Shown piece after piece: positions 14,772 to 23,200 of a stretch of 34,612 nucleotides of DNA. Each line of letters opens with the position of its first letter. Within the stretch, counting starts at the first letter, position 1. The stretch lies in contig JBGTIE010000568.1 of NCBI GenBank assembly GCA_041745855.1, positions 1-34,612 of the forward strand, in the 5' to 3' direction. Position numbers and translations under genes: made by a program. The notes under the pieces are model-generated. The model ran no database searches and was not told where the DNA came from. It saw only the letters and a list, made by a program, of their open reading frames with translations. Source of the DNA: Lysobacterales bacterium (lineage in GTDB: Bacteria > Pseudomonadota > Gammaproteobacteria > Xanthomonadales > SZUA-5).

Positions 14772-15814
14772 CAGAGAGGCAGGCTACGCTTGGCCTCCGC
14801 AAACTTTGTTTCCAGCGTCCGCTGAGACATCCCGGGCTTTCCTCTATGCTCGGCCAGAAGCGCGTCGATGACTGCGGCCTGATCCTTGAACACTGAAAGC
14901 GGCTTGCCGGAAGGGCTCTTGCCCAGCAGTAGGCCGAGCAGTCCGCCGACTATATTGAGCAACGTGGATTCTCGCCGTTTCGCGAGTGGCCGCTCTTCTT
15001 CCCATGCCTCTTCGGATAGCTTGCGCTTCAGCGCCCGGAGCACCTCGGTTCGCACAACCCAGACCGCGTCTTGGGGGAGTTGCGACGTCGGATAGTAGCC
15101 AGGACCTCGATCGAGAAGCTTCTTCCGATGCGCTCGGTGTGTCTCCAGCAGATGATCCGCTTCATCACGGAGGATCTGCTCGTCGTGAATTCGTGCCTTC
15201 AATACTTCCAATTCGGCCCGCGATCCCTTCACGTACGGGTTGTTGTCTTCGTTCTCCAGCAGCTGGAAGAAGACTCCCGCGCGCTGGACGAACACTCCAT
15301 CGAACCTTGTCCAGGAAACCTCAGGACCACGAGTGGCTTCCTGATAGCGCTTCTCTACCTCGAAGCGGTCGCCGCCAATCATCACGAGGTCCCAGACGCC
15401 ATCGATGACTTTCTGCGCTGGATCCACGTCCAACCACTGGTCGTTGTCGGAATAGCGGACGGCATCAGGGAGCAGAAGAATCTCCTTGTTGTCGATTTTC
15501 TCCTGCAGACCCGGGTGCCTTTCATGCAGTTCAGCCAGCTTGTAGGACTGGGCCGGAGGCAACTCGGGAATCGTGGTCTTGAAGGCCTCGAGGTCGAGCG
15601 GACGCCATTTGCACTCGGACAGTGGGACCAAGCGTGCGCTCCTGGCAGCTCGCTTGTTGACCAGGTGAACCGACAGCACAAGCTTCCCATCGAGGACCAG
15701 GCGCAGTACGTCGGCAACGACCACCCTCTCTTCCAGCAATTCGCCCAGAAGTCCTGCTGCTTCGTCGAGGGTGACCCACTCCTTTAGCTGGAACAGCTTG
15801 CTCGTCTTGCCCAT
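14771..15814 (-). CDS. Hypothetical protein (347 aa; possible N-terminal HTH)
   Basis: The track ORF is 14771..15907. The ATG at 15814 (MGKTSKLFQLKEWVTLDEAAGLL...) avoids a 59-nt overlap with the HNH gene, but neither start has a clear RBS. I recognised no catalytic motif. Confidence 0.55.
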   Translation of the reverse strand: MGKTSKLFQLKEWVTLDEAAGLLGELLEERVVVADVLRLVLDGKLVLSVHLVNKRAARSARLVPLSECKWRPLDLEAFKTTIPELPPAQSYKLAELHERHPGLQEKIDNKEILLLPDAVRYSDNDQWLDVDPAQKVIDGVWDLVMIGGDRFEVEKRYQEATRGPEVSWTRFDGVFVQRAGVFFQLLENEDNNPYVKGSRAELEVLKARIHDEQILRDEADHLLETHRAHRKKLLDRGPGYYPTSQLPQDAVWVVRTEVLRALKRKLSEEAWEEERPLAKRRESTLLNIVGGLLGLLLGKSPSGKPLSVFKDQAAVIDALLAEHRGKPGMSQRTLETKFAEAKRSLPL

Positions 15815-15848
15815 TGATCGACTGACCCGTTGTTCGATTTGCAGAATC

Positions 15849-16676
15849 CTACGCCGGATGGCCGGAGTCTTGCCTGCGTCCACTATCGGCTGGCAGATGC
15901 CCGCCATGGTCCGAATTTGCGAACTTCACGCGGTGATATGCCAGATATCGCTGATGCTCATCCGCGATCCAACGCAATCGCGGACGTTCATCCAAACGCA
16001 GCGTAGCGAAGTCCTGAGACGGAATCCTTGGCGAGACCAGCATGCCACCCTCGATATCGAAGCTGATCAGGTAGCGGTCGAACAGGGCATCCAGGTTTGC
16101 CGTGAGCAGGAGGCCATTGAAGACATCGAGCCGCTCGGCGTCTGTCGCACACTCCGCCCAGGGCTTGGCATGGCTGGCGCGCAGAACTGCGCTGATGGCC
16201 ACGCCGGTGACGGCGCAGGCGCCGCCCCAGTAGTCCAGCAAGGCTGCCCGAAAGACATCTTGTCCGACGCGCTGGCGGACCAGGCGCTCAATCTCGGTAC
16301 CTAGAGCTGCGACTGGCAAGCGCCGCAGTTCAGTATTGACCGTCTGCTCGTAATCCTTCTCGGCCTGACGGGGCAAGGCCCGCGCCAGCGCCGCGGCACG
16401 GCGAAGCAATAGCGCAAGATGATCACGGTCGGTCGCTTCGAAGTCGTTGCCGCCCAAGTGCAACTCGGGCCAACTGCGGCCCAGTTCGTCTATCAGCGAA
16501 CAACGTGAGGAAGATTCGAAGCCGAGTCTCCATCCACGCGGCAACGTAGCCACGATGACTCGCGCGGGATGCAGCGCCGAGCCCATCCGGACCTCGGAAA
16601 GCGACCCATCCTTCACATGCTCGAAGCCATTGTCGTGACCGGCCTTTTCCACGAGCACTCGCTCCAAAGGGTTCAC
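15849..16676 (-). CDS. HNH nuclease (HNH_2/PF13391-like) with an uncharacterised N-terminal domain
   Basis: RQRVGQDVFRAALLDYWGGACAVTG...LRASHAKPW...DVFNGLLLTANLDALFDRYLISF matches my memory of the restriction-type HNH_2 domain. The GTG start overlaps the upstream stop as GTGA. Confidence 0.82.
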   Translation of the reverse strand: MNPLERVLVEKAGHDNGFEHVKDGSLSEVRMGSALHPARVIVATLPRGWRLGFESSSRCSLIDELGRSWPELHLGGNDFEATDRDHLALLLRRAAALARALPRQAEKDYEQTVNTELRRLPVAALGTEIERLVRQRVGQDVFRAALLDYWGGACAVTGVAISAVLRASHAKPWAECATDAERLDVFNGLLLTANLDALFDRYLISFDIEGGMLVSPRIPSQDFATLRLDERPRLRWIADEHQRYLAYHRVKFANSDHGGHLPADSGRRQDSGHPA

Positions 16677-16897
16677 GGACCGGCCTTCTGGTCATCGGAG
16701 CTCGTACCATTTCCCTCCATCGAAGCAGCCATCTCCATCTGGGTGAGCAGCGCCCCATCCAAAACGGGTCTCGGAATTTTCGCCATCACGGTCTCGCAAA
16801 ACACCTTGTCGTTTAGCATTTGGTACCTCACATCCCTGCACAGGCAGTGGATCCTCATGCCATCGACCAGTTCGGAAGCTTCGAAGAAGTCGCTCAT
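16673..16897 (-). CDS. Small hypothetical protein (74 aa)
   Basis: The ATG at 16897 has AGGA upstream and the stop is coupled to the HNH start. No motif was recognised, so the coding status is uncertain. Confidence 0.4.
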   Translation of the reverse strand: MSDFFEASELVDGMRIHCLCRDVRYQMLNDKVFCETVMAKIPRPVLDGALLTQMEMAASMEGNGTSSDDQKAGP

Positions 16898-16974
16898 CGG
16901 ACCATCCTGGCTTGCGTTTCACAGTAGCAAAGGCTATGCTCCCAAGACTCATCAGCCCAAGGCTGAAGGAGCTG

Positions 16975-16997
16975 GGCCAACGCCACGTGCGTTGGCC
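16975..16997. terminator. 9-bp stem / 5-nt loop hairpin just downstream of the defence operon
   Basis: The sequence is GGCCAACGC-cacgt-GCGTTGGCC, 18 nt beyond the stop of the 162-aa gene. The T-run (TTACTTTTTCT) is on the plus-strand side, so it is not a textbook minus-strand intrinsic terminator. Confidence 0.3.
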
Positions 16998-17014
16998 TTA
17001 CTTTTTCTGCCGCA

Positions 17015-17503
17015 TCAAGATTGGCGCTTTGCATACTTGTTCTGCAGGCTGCGGCGCTTGCTTTCATAGTCAATCCAGTACGCCGTAATCAGCCTTCGTT
17101 GCCCGTCTGGATAGCGCTTCATCACGACCACGTAGTCACAGGCTTCCAGCCAGAGGTAGGTACGGATCTCGCCGCTACCCTCCTCGAAATCCCAGCTCCT
17201 AACGGCCGGATCGCTTAGATGATCGAATAGTGCGCGCGCCCAGGGGAGCCTTTCGCAGCGACGAAAGTCTGGCAGGCGGTTTCCCGAGCCCGGTGGATCC
17301 TCTCGTTCTGTCAGGTGCCAGAAGATCAGTTCCTTGCCGCGCTCCCTTTCAGGGAAGAACCAGACGCGTCGACCATGGTAGAGAGGTGGGTTCAGGATGA
17401 AGTCCTGACGAAAGGTCGCATAGAGCGTATGAAGAACCGCCTCGTTCCAGGGCGATATCGGCATGAGTTGCGGGAGCCACTCCGGTGTGTCGGGTTCGAT
17501 CAT
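17015..17503 (-). CDS. Hypothetical protein (162 aa), last gene of the defence operon
   Basis: The ATG at 17503 overlaps the DUF3800 stop as ATGA. The sequence is Trp/Arg-rich (LIFWHLTERED...RLPWARALF...YLWLEACDYVVVMKRY...ITAYWID). I recognised no family. Confidence 0.65.
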   Translation of the reverse strand: MIEPDTPEWLPQLMPISPWNEAVLHTLYATFRQDFILNPPLYHGRRVWFFPERERGKELIFWHLTEREDPPGSGNRLPDFRRCERLPWARALFDHLSDPAVRSWDFEEGSGEIRTYLWLEACDYVVVMKRYPDGQRRLITAYWIDYESKRRSLQNKYAKRQS

Positions 17504-18225
17504 GCCGCCACGGGCCTTCGTGGGGTGAATAGGAAAATGTTGAGCTTCTGTTCCCTGAGCGATGTTGCCCGCAACAGGCTGTGGCCCCAGCGTTCTTCAA
17601 TACGGCGGATGACCGCCTGCTTCGCGGCGTTTCCGTGAAGCCCGCGGTGGCGGTAAGCGAGGGCGCCGATCAGAAAATCTGCCACTTGCATCAACTCGGC
17701 TTCATGTGAATGAACGTTCTGAATGTGGCAGATCATCTCGCTGGTGAAGTCGTACACGTTGCTGCACAGCACTTCGCGCAGCTTCTGCACCTTCTTGCGG
17801 CTGCGTGTGTCCTTGATGTCGAGGTAGATCGCGTAGCAGCTGTCGGGCGAAAGGATCTTGCTCAGTAGTGAGAACTGCATCTTGTAGTAGAAGAGGTCAT
17901 GATCGCCTTGGTTGAAGGCCGTATGATCCAGTGCCTGTTTGTTGTGGACCACAAGTCCACGAAAATGCAACGACGACTCGCCGATGAACCAGTCCACCAG
18001 GTCCAGGTAAAAGGGAAGGCGGGACGCAGATGCCTTGGACCACTTCAACTCGCCGCGGGCACTGTGCCTTCGCTTGAGGTCGCGCAATTCCGCGGACAGT
18101 CTCCGCGTCTGGTCCTGCAGACACCAGATCGCGCCCAGCACCATGACCGGCTGGCCATCGTTCGGAAGATGACAGGACTCGTCGCAATAAACGTTGTATA
18201 GCTGGGGTTCGACGGTTGTGCTCAA
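17500..18225 (-). CDS. DUF3800-family protein
   Basis: It has N-terminal YNVYCDES (the DUF3800 acidic DE motif) and C-terminal ELMQVADFLIGALAY (the Q-x-A-D motif). The only start that preserves the DES motif is TTG at 18225, with GAGG about 10 nt upstream. Confidence 0.72.
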   Translation of the reverse strand: MSTTVEPQLYNVYCDESCHLPNDGQPVMVLGAIWCLQDQTRRLSAELRDLKRRHSARGELKWSKASASRLPFYLDLVDWFIGESSLHFRGLVVHNKQALDHTAFNQGDHDLFYYKMQFSLLSKILSPDSCYAIYLDIKDTRSRKKVQKLREVLCSNVYDFTSEMICHIQNVHSHEAELMQVADFLIGALAYRHRGLHGNAAKQAVIRRIEERWGHSLLRATSLREQKLNIFLFTPRRPVAA

Positions 18226-18309
18226 TGCAGATGACCTCGTTCGAGTCTTTCCCAGGCGTGCGGCGCGAAGCGATGGGTGCGGTAGCCGTCAAGCTTACCC
18301 GACTCCCTC

Positions 18310-20253
18310 TCACACCAGCTCCTGCTGAAGTGCGCCAAAGCGCCTGCGGAAGAGAAGCCCGTCCTCGCTATCTGCGGAAAGCGTAAGGCGTACGAACGGT
18401 TTGAAGTCGGGGGCAGGCTCGGTCGATGTGGTGACAATGTACTGGAACGCGCCGGCACTGTTCGAAGCAACGTGGCCCAGTAAGCGCCACAGCATGGCTT
18501 CGCTCATCTCCGCTTCGCGTGGGGAGTCGTGGAGCAGGAACCCAGGATGGAAGCTCTGCGCTGAAGTGCTATCCAGCAGGCAGGCGATGTCGCCGGCAAG
18601 GATCTCCAGAACACTGAAGGTCGTCGAGTGCATCGGACCCATCCGGAATGGGCGGTTCTGATGTTTCTCGTCATCGTTGAACACACCCCAGGTGAATCCC
18701 GGCAACGCGTTGGCGACGACATTCATGGTCTCGCCAAGGCTGTGCCGTCGCGCGCCCATCGCGCCACGCTCCGCTTCATGTTTGCCTCGAAGTACTTCGA
18801 GCCGATGCCTCCCTCCCTGCAGCCTCTGTTGCGCATTCACCAATTCGATCCAAGGGGAGCTGCCGGCGATGACCGCTTCGTAGTTCTCGTAGTCGTCAAT
18901 GGCCCCGCGGAGCAGCTCATGCCTGGACACGGTTTCGGCGTGTCGCCTGTCCAGATCTCCAATCCGCGACTCGATCTTCGTGAGTTGGTTATCGTAAGGT
19001 GCAGTCTCGGCGCTCAGAAGCTCACGTCGACCGCGAAGGTCGACCAGCCTGCGCTCGCGAAGGCGCTGAGCCTCGTGATGCCGCTTGATGCTCTGCGCGC
19101 GATCGATCTGGTCCAGCTCGATGCGCTCGTTCACGTGGCGGCAGTCCTTGAGCAGCAGGTGCCCAGCATCGCACCATGTCGCGAGCCTCTGCTGCAGGGA
19201 CGAAGCCTCCTTCTGTAGCTCGTCAACCCGATCGAGATCGCCCGCGTTGAACGCTTCCAGCTGCTCGATCTCGTTGTTGACCAGCTCGATCGACCTCTTG
19301 AGCGGGAAGCGCTTTTCAATCAAGGCCTCGCGCTCTGTCGCACGTCGTAGCCGCTCAGCGTCGATGGATTGAAGCTCTTCCTGATACGCATCATGTCGCT
19401 GGCGGGCAATAGCGATCAGATTCGGGTGGTCAATCAGTCCGTCCTGTCGGAACGGAACTTCATCCGGAACGTCAAGCAATCGGCTCAGCTGTCGACGCGC
19501 GTGAGTCAGGAGGTATTGGGGCTCCTCGCTAAGCGCCTGCAATCTCGCCTCTAGCTCGCTGACCTCCTTGCTGGCGCTGTCCAGGTCCCGAAGGGCCGTG
19601 GCGTCTTTCAGCAGGCCGAGGACGATTCGAAGCAATGCCACAGGGGACTTCGCCGGCAAGCTGAATCCGACGCCTTCGGCACGCCATTGGAAGTAGTTCT
19701 GGTAGCGGGCATTCTGGTCACGCGAGCACCAGGCCAGGAGATGATGCCATTGGATGGGCTGCTTCGATCCTGGCAGCTCCTGCACTGGAAGGACGCCGAC
19801 CAGATGCTGTTGCAGCGCTGCTTGATAGGCGTCGAACTCATTGTCCGACACATTGGCAGCCAATCTTCTCCAATCGGCGTTGCGCGAAGCCCGGTAGTGC
19901 TTCTGATGCTGCCATGGTTTCAACACAGTCCAGGCTTCGCCGCCGACGTGAACGCGGGCCGCGACCCCGCCTTCCTTCAGCTCTGCGCAGAACAAGAGTT
20001 CTTCGCGCAAGTTGGAGCCTTCAGACCAAAGTGGATCGTCCAGGACGAAGCGCAGCAACTGGCAGAAGGCGGTCTTGCCCACCCCATGCCCTGAGCTGCC
20101 GCTTGCTGGCGGAGAAACGACCAGATTGAGCCCGCGCCCAAAGGTGATCTCGCGCACAGGCTGCTCGGATGTCAGCGAATCCAGCAGCCACAGCGTCTCC
20201 ACCCACAGGTGCGGCCTGTCTGAGCCGACTGCGCGGGCGCCGACTTCAGGCAT
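18310..20253 (-). CDS. ABC/SMC-like P-loop ATPase with a long coiled-coil insertion (DUF2326/YydD-like)
   Basis: ITFGRGLNLVVSPPASGSSGHGVGKTAF is an N-terminal Walker A. A charged, heptad-like segment of about 300 aa follows (EVSELEARLQAL..., LRRATEREALIEKRF..., VDELQKEASSLQQRL...). The C-terminal region has GFLLHDSP (Walker-B-like) and FQYIVTTS. Confidence 0.82.
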   Translation of the reverse strand: MPEVGARAVGSDRPHLWVETLWLLDSLTSEQPVREITFGRGLNLVVSPPASGSSGHGVGKTAFCQLLRFVLDDPLWSEGSNLREELLFCAELKEGGVAARVHVGGEAWTVLKPWQHQKHYRASRNADWRRLAANVSDNEFDAYQAALQQHLVGVLPVQELPGSKQPIQWHHLLAWCSRDQNARYQNYFQWRAEGVGFSLPAKSPVALLRIVLGLLKDATALRDLDSASKEVSELEARLQALSEEPQYLLTHARRQLSRLLDVPDEVPFRQDGLIDHPNLIAIARQRHDAYQEELQSIDAERLRRATEREALIEKRFPLKRSIELVNNEIEQLEAFNAGDLDRVDELQKEASSLQQRLATWCDAGHLLLKDCRHVNERIELDQIDRAQSIKRHHEAQRLRERRLVDLRGRRELLSAETAPYDNQLTKIESRIGDLDRRHAETVSRHELLRGAIDDYENYEAVIAGSSPWIELVNAQQRLQGGRHRLEVLRGKHEAERGAMGARRHSLGETMNVVANALPGFTWGVFNDDEKHQNRPFRMGPMHSTTFSVLEILAGDIACLLDSTSAQSFHPGFLLHDSPREAEMSEAMLWRLLGHVASNSAGAFQYIVTTSTEPAPDFKPFVRLTLSADSEDGLLFRRRFGALQQELV

Positions 20254-20259
20254 GTCGCC

Positions 20260-23200
20260 TCATCCTCGCTTGCGCGAGACAGGCTGCGCCTGCGATGCCG
20301 AACCTGCCATTGTTGCCTCCAACGCGGTCTCGTGTTGACGACGCGCTTCAATCAACGCCTGTGCCAGCGACTCGGTGCGCGCATCGCCAATCACGTCGGT
20401 GAGTACATCGGGCGCGCGAACGGAGAGCGGTGCCGTGACGGGAACGCCGAGCAGGGAGCGCAGCCAGTCGCAGAGATGTGGCCAGCGTGCGTTGCTCAGC
20501 GCAACCCGCCAGCGGTCGAGTTCTTCGGCATACCGGGTGCTTGAAGGAAGCGGTGTGGCCAGAATCAAGCGCAATTGAGTGTCGTCGCAGGGCCCGGCTT
20601 GCAGGAGCACGTCGCAGACCAGGCCGGCAAGGAAATCTTCGGCTTCGGAGGCCGGAGTGCCGCCTTCGGCATACATGGGCAGGGGTGCCGTACGCCGCGC
20701 TGGAATGGTGAGGCGTTTCTGAACTTCCAGTGCATCCCAGGCTTCCAGCACCAGGCGCTGGGTGCGGTACTCGCCATGGGCCTTGAGTTCGTTCTTCTGC
20801 AGGACGCGAAAGGTCTCGGAGGGGTAGTCCGGGCCTTCGATGTCGGCGGGGTCGAGGATATAGCGCAGTTCGTCGCGGGTGAGCCCGTAGGCGCGGGCGT
20901 ACCAGGCGTCGAGTTCGGCGCGCAGGTGGGCGCGGCGATCGGGGTCAAAGCGGAAGGGCGGACCTTCGAAGCCGAGTTCGCGTGCCCAGGGTTCGAGGTC
21001 CCAAGCGGTGTATGTGAGTTCCAGCACTCGGGGGACGATAAAGGCCAGGTCGCCAGCGACAAAGTCTTCCGGGCCTGGAAGAGGCAACTGACGCAAGAAG
21101 TAAAAGCTAAAGTTCATGCCGCCAACCTTCTGGCGCGCTACATAGTCAAACGTCAGCGAATTGAGCCCGGCCAGAAGACAGGCTTGCGCAACGGCGTTGC
21201 GAGCCGGACAGAGCAGGAAGATGCTGTCTCCTGCCCCGCTCATAGGAAGGACATTCGCGATCATCGTCCTTTCGTCCGTGGATCGAGAGTTCCTTCGCCA
21301 ACCCAACAGCCACTGCCACTCCCAGTCCTTGTCCGTCAACCGTCGCCGCACGTCGGCCCCCTCCACCCAGTATCGCGGCGTGGGAGTGAAGCGCGGATTG
21401 GCCTTCTCGGCTTCAGTCACGTCGCGGCTGCCGACATCGCCCTTGCCAGCCTGACCTTTCTCGCTGGCTTCGTACGTAGCCCAGCGGTGGTCGAACTGGT
21501 GGATCATCTTGGCTTCGTACAGCGGCAGATCTCTTTCGCTCGCGGAGTCCGCGAACAGATGGCTGTCGCTTGACATGTTGTGCGTGCCTTGCATGAAGCG
21601 GATACCCCAAGGGTTCCGCTCCGGTCGGGTGCCGCGCCCCTCGCGGATGAGCACGGGCACGCGAAGGTAGATCTTGCGGGTCAGCTCGGCATCGCGCCTC
21701 GCACGAAACACCGGGCAAGTCAGCGTATTGGGGTTGATCCGAGTGAAATCTTCCGCACCCAGCGTGAATCGTCGGCGCGGATCTGTCAGTTGCCCGATCT
21801 GGGTGAGGAAGAACGCGAACTCCGCTTCAGCGGCTTGGCCCAAAGTCAGCAGGCAGAACTTGTAGCTACGGTGGACACCGGGAAAAATCCCCTCACGGTT
21901 CTCGAAGTCGTACAGACTGGCCAGCCGTCCACCCGACGCAATCGCTCCGAAGTAGGCCTTGGTCGAATCGTCGGTGGCGATGCCGGTCGGCACGATGAAG
22001 CCGGCACGACCGTTCGTGTCCACGATTTGGCTGATGGTCTCGGCGAACAGCGCATACGTGTTGACACGTCCAACCCCGGTCAGCCGATAGCGGCCACCGT
22101 CCTCACCGTCCACATGCGCGAACGTGCTGGCTGCGTCCAAGTTGCGCTTTGTGGTAAGAAACTCGCGATAAAGGCGCTGCTCGGCGAGGCAGACCGCTAT
22201 GCCTTGATCCCGATCAGGGTAGAGGTTGTGCGCCAACCTGCCTTGGGCCAGCCAGTCGATGCGATGGCTGCGCTCGGCCTTGTTCTTCGCCTGCGCCACT
22301 AGCGGATTGCGGGTGGCAAAGAACTCTTCCTCCTTCAGCTCAACATGTTCCCAGGGCGGATTTCCCAACACGCAATCGAAACCACCCTGTGCGAACACTT
22401 GCGGAAAGGTCAGCGGCCAGTGCAATACGCGTGCCTCGCGGCAAGCCGCGCGCGCGGCACCAAGCTGCCGGGCGTGCAGCGCGCCCGGCGTAGCCCCTAA
22501 CAGCTCGAAATAGAGTGACTGGCTAGTCGGGATCTGTTCGGCACTGGCTTGGGTCTTGGGCAGCAGAAATGCACCGAGTAGCAGGTCAGCTGCATGAGCG
22601 AGGTGGCTGGACTCTGCCTGCTGCTGAAATGCTTGCCATGCCGCGGCGCGAGCTTCGATGTCCGCCGTGGTGGCGTCGGGTAGCGCCTCCAGCGCCTTGA
22701 GCTGATCCATGCCGCTGGCGACGTCGAAGCGCATCAGCTGTTGGCCACGATTGAGGTCGCGCTCCAGCTGCTTGAGACCCAGCTTGTTCGCCTTCGCAAG
22801 TTCCCTGCACACGTCCTTGTCATCGCCGGACAGCGGCTTGAAGGCCGCCGCCGGGATGCCGGCCTCCAGCGCCTTGAGGTCAGTAATGCCGAGTAGGGCA
22901 TCGCCGCATTGCAGGTGATGATCGAGAAAGGATAGCGGTCTGCCCTCCTCAAAGCCCTCCAACCACAGGGCCGTGCGGCACAACTCTCTCGCCATCGGGT
23001 TGCGGTCGACGCCGTAGATGCAGCGGCCGATGACTTCACGCAAGGCATGACGATAGTCCGGCTCGAGGACAGCGCCCTCCACGCTGCGCAACGCGGCCAG
23101 GCGCTCGGCCAGTCGCCGGGCAGCTGCTAGCAGGAAGTGCCCGCTACCGCATGCCGGATCTATCACCTTGATACTAAGCAGGGCCTCGGTGGGGTTGTCG

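Noticed and set aside
17900-17960. PLD-like HxK motif (VHNKQALDH) in the DUF3800 protein as a hidden DrmC
   Set aside because: The spacing is HxKxxxD rather than HxK(x)4D. There is no second copy, and the surrounding sequence fits DUF3800 rather than a phospholipase-D fold.
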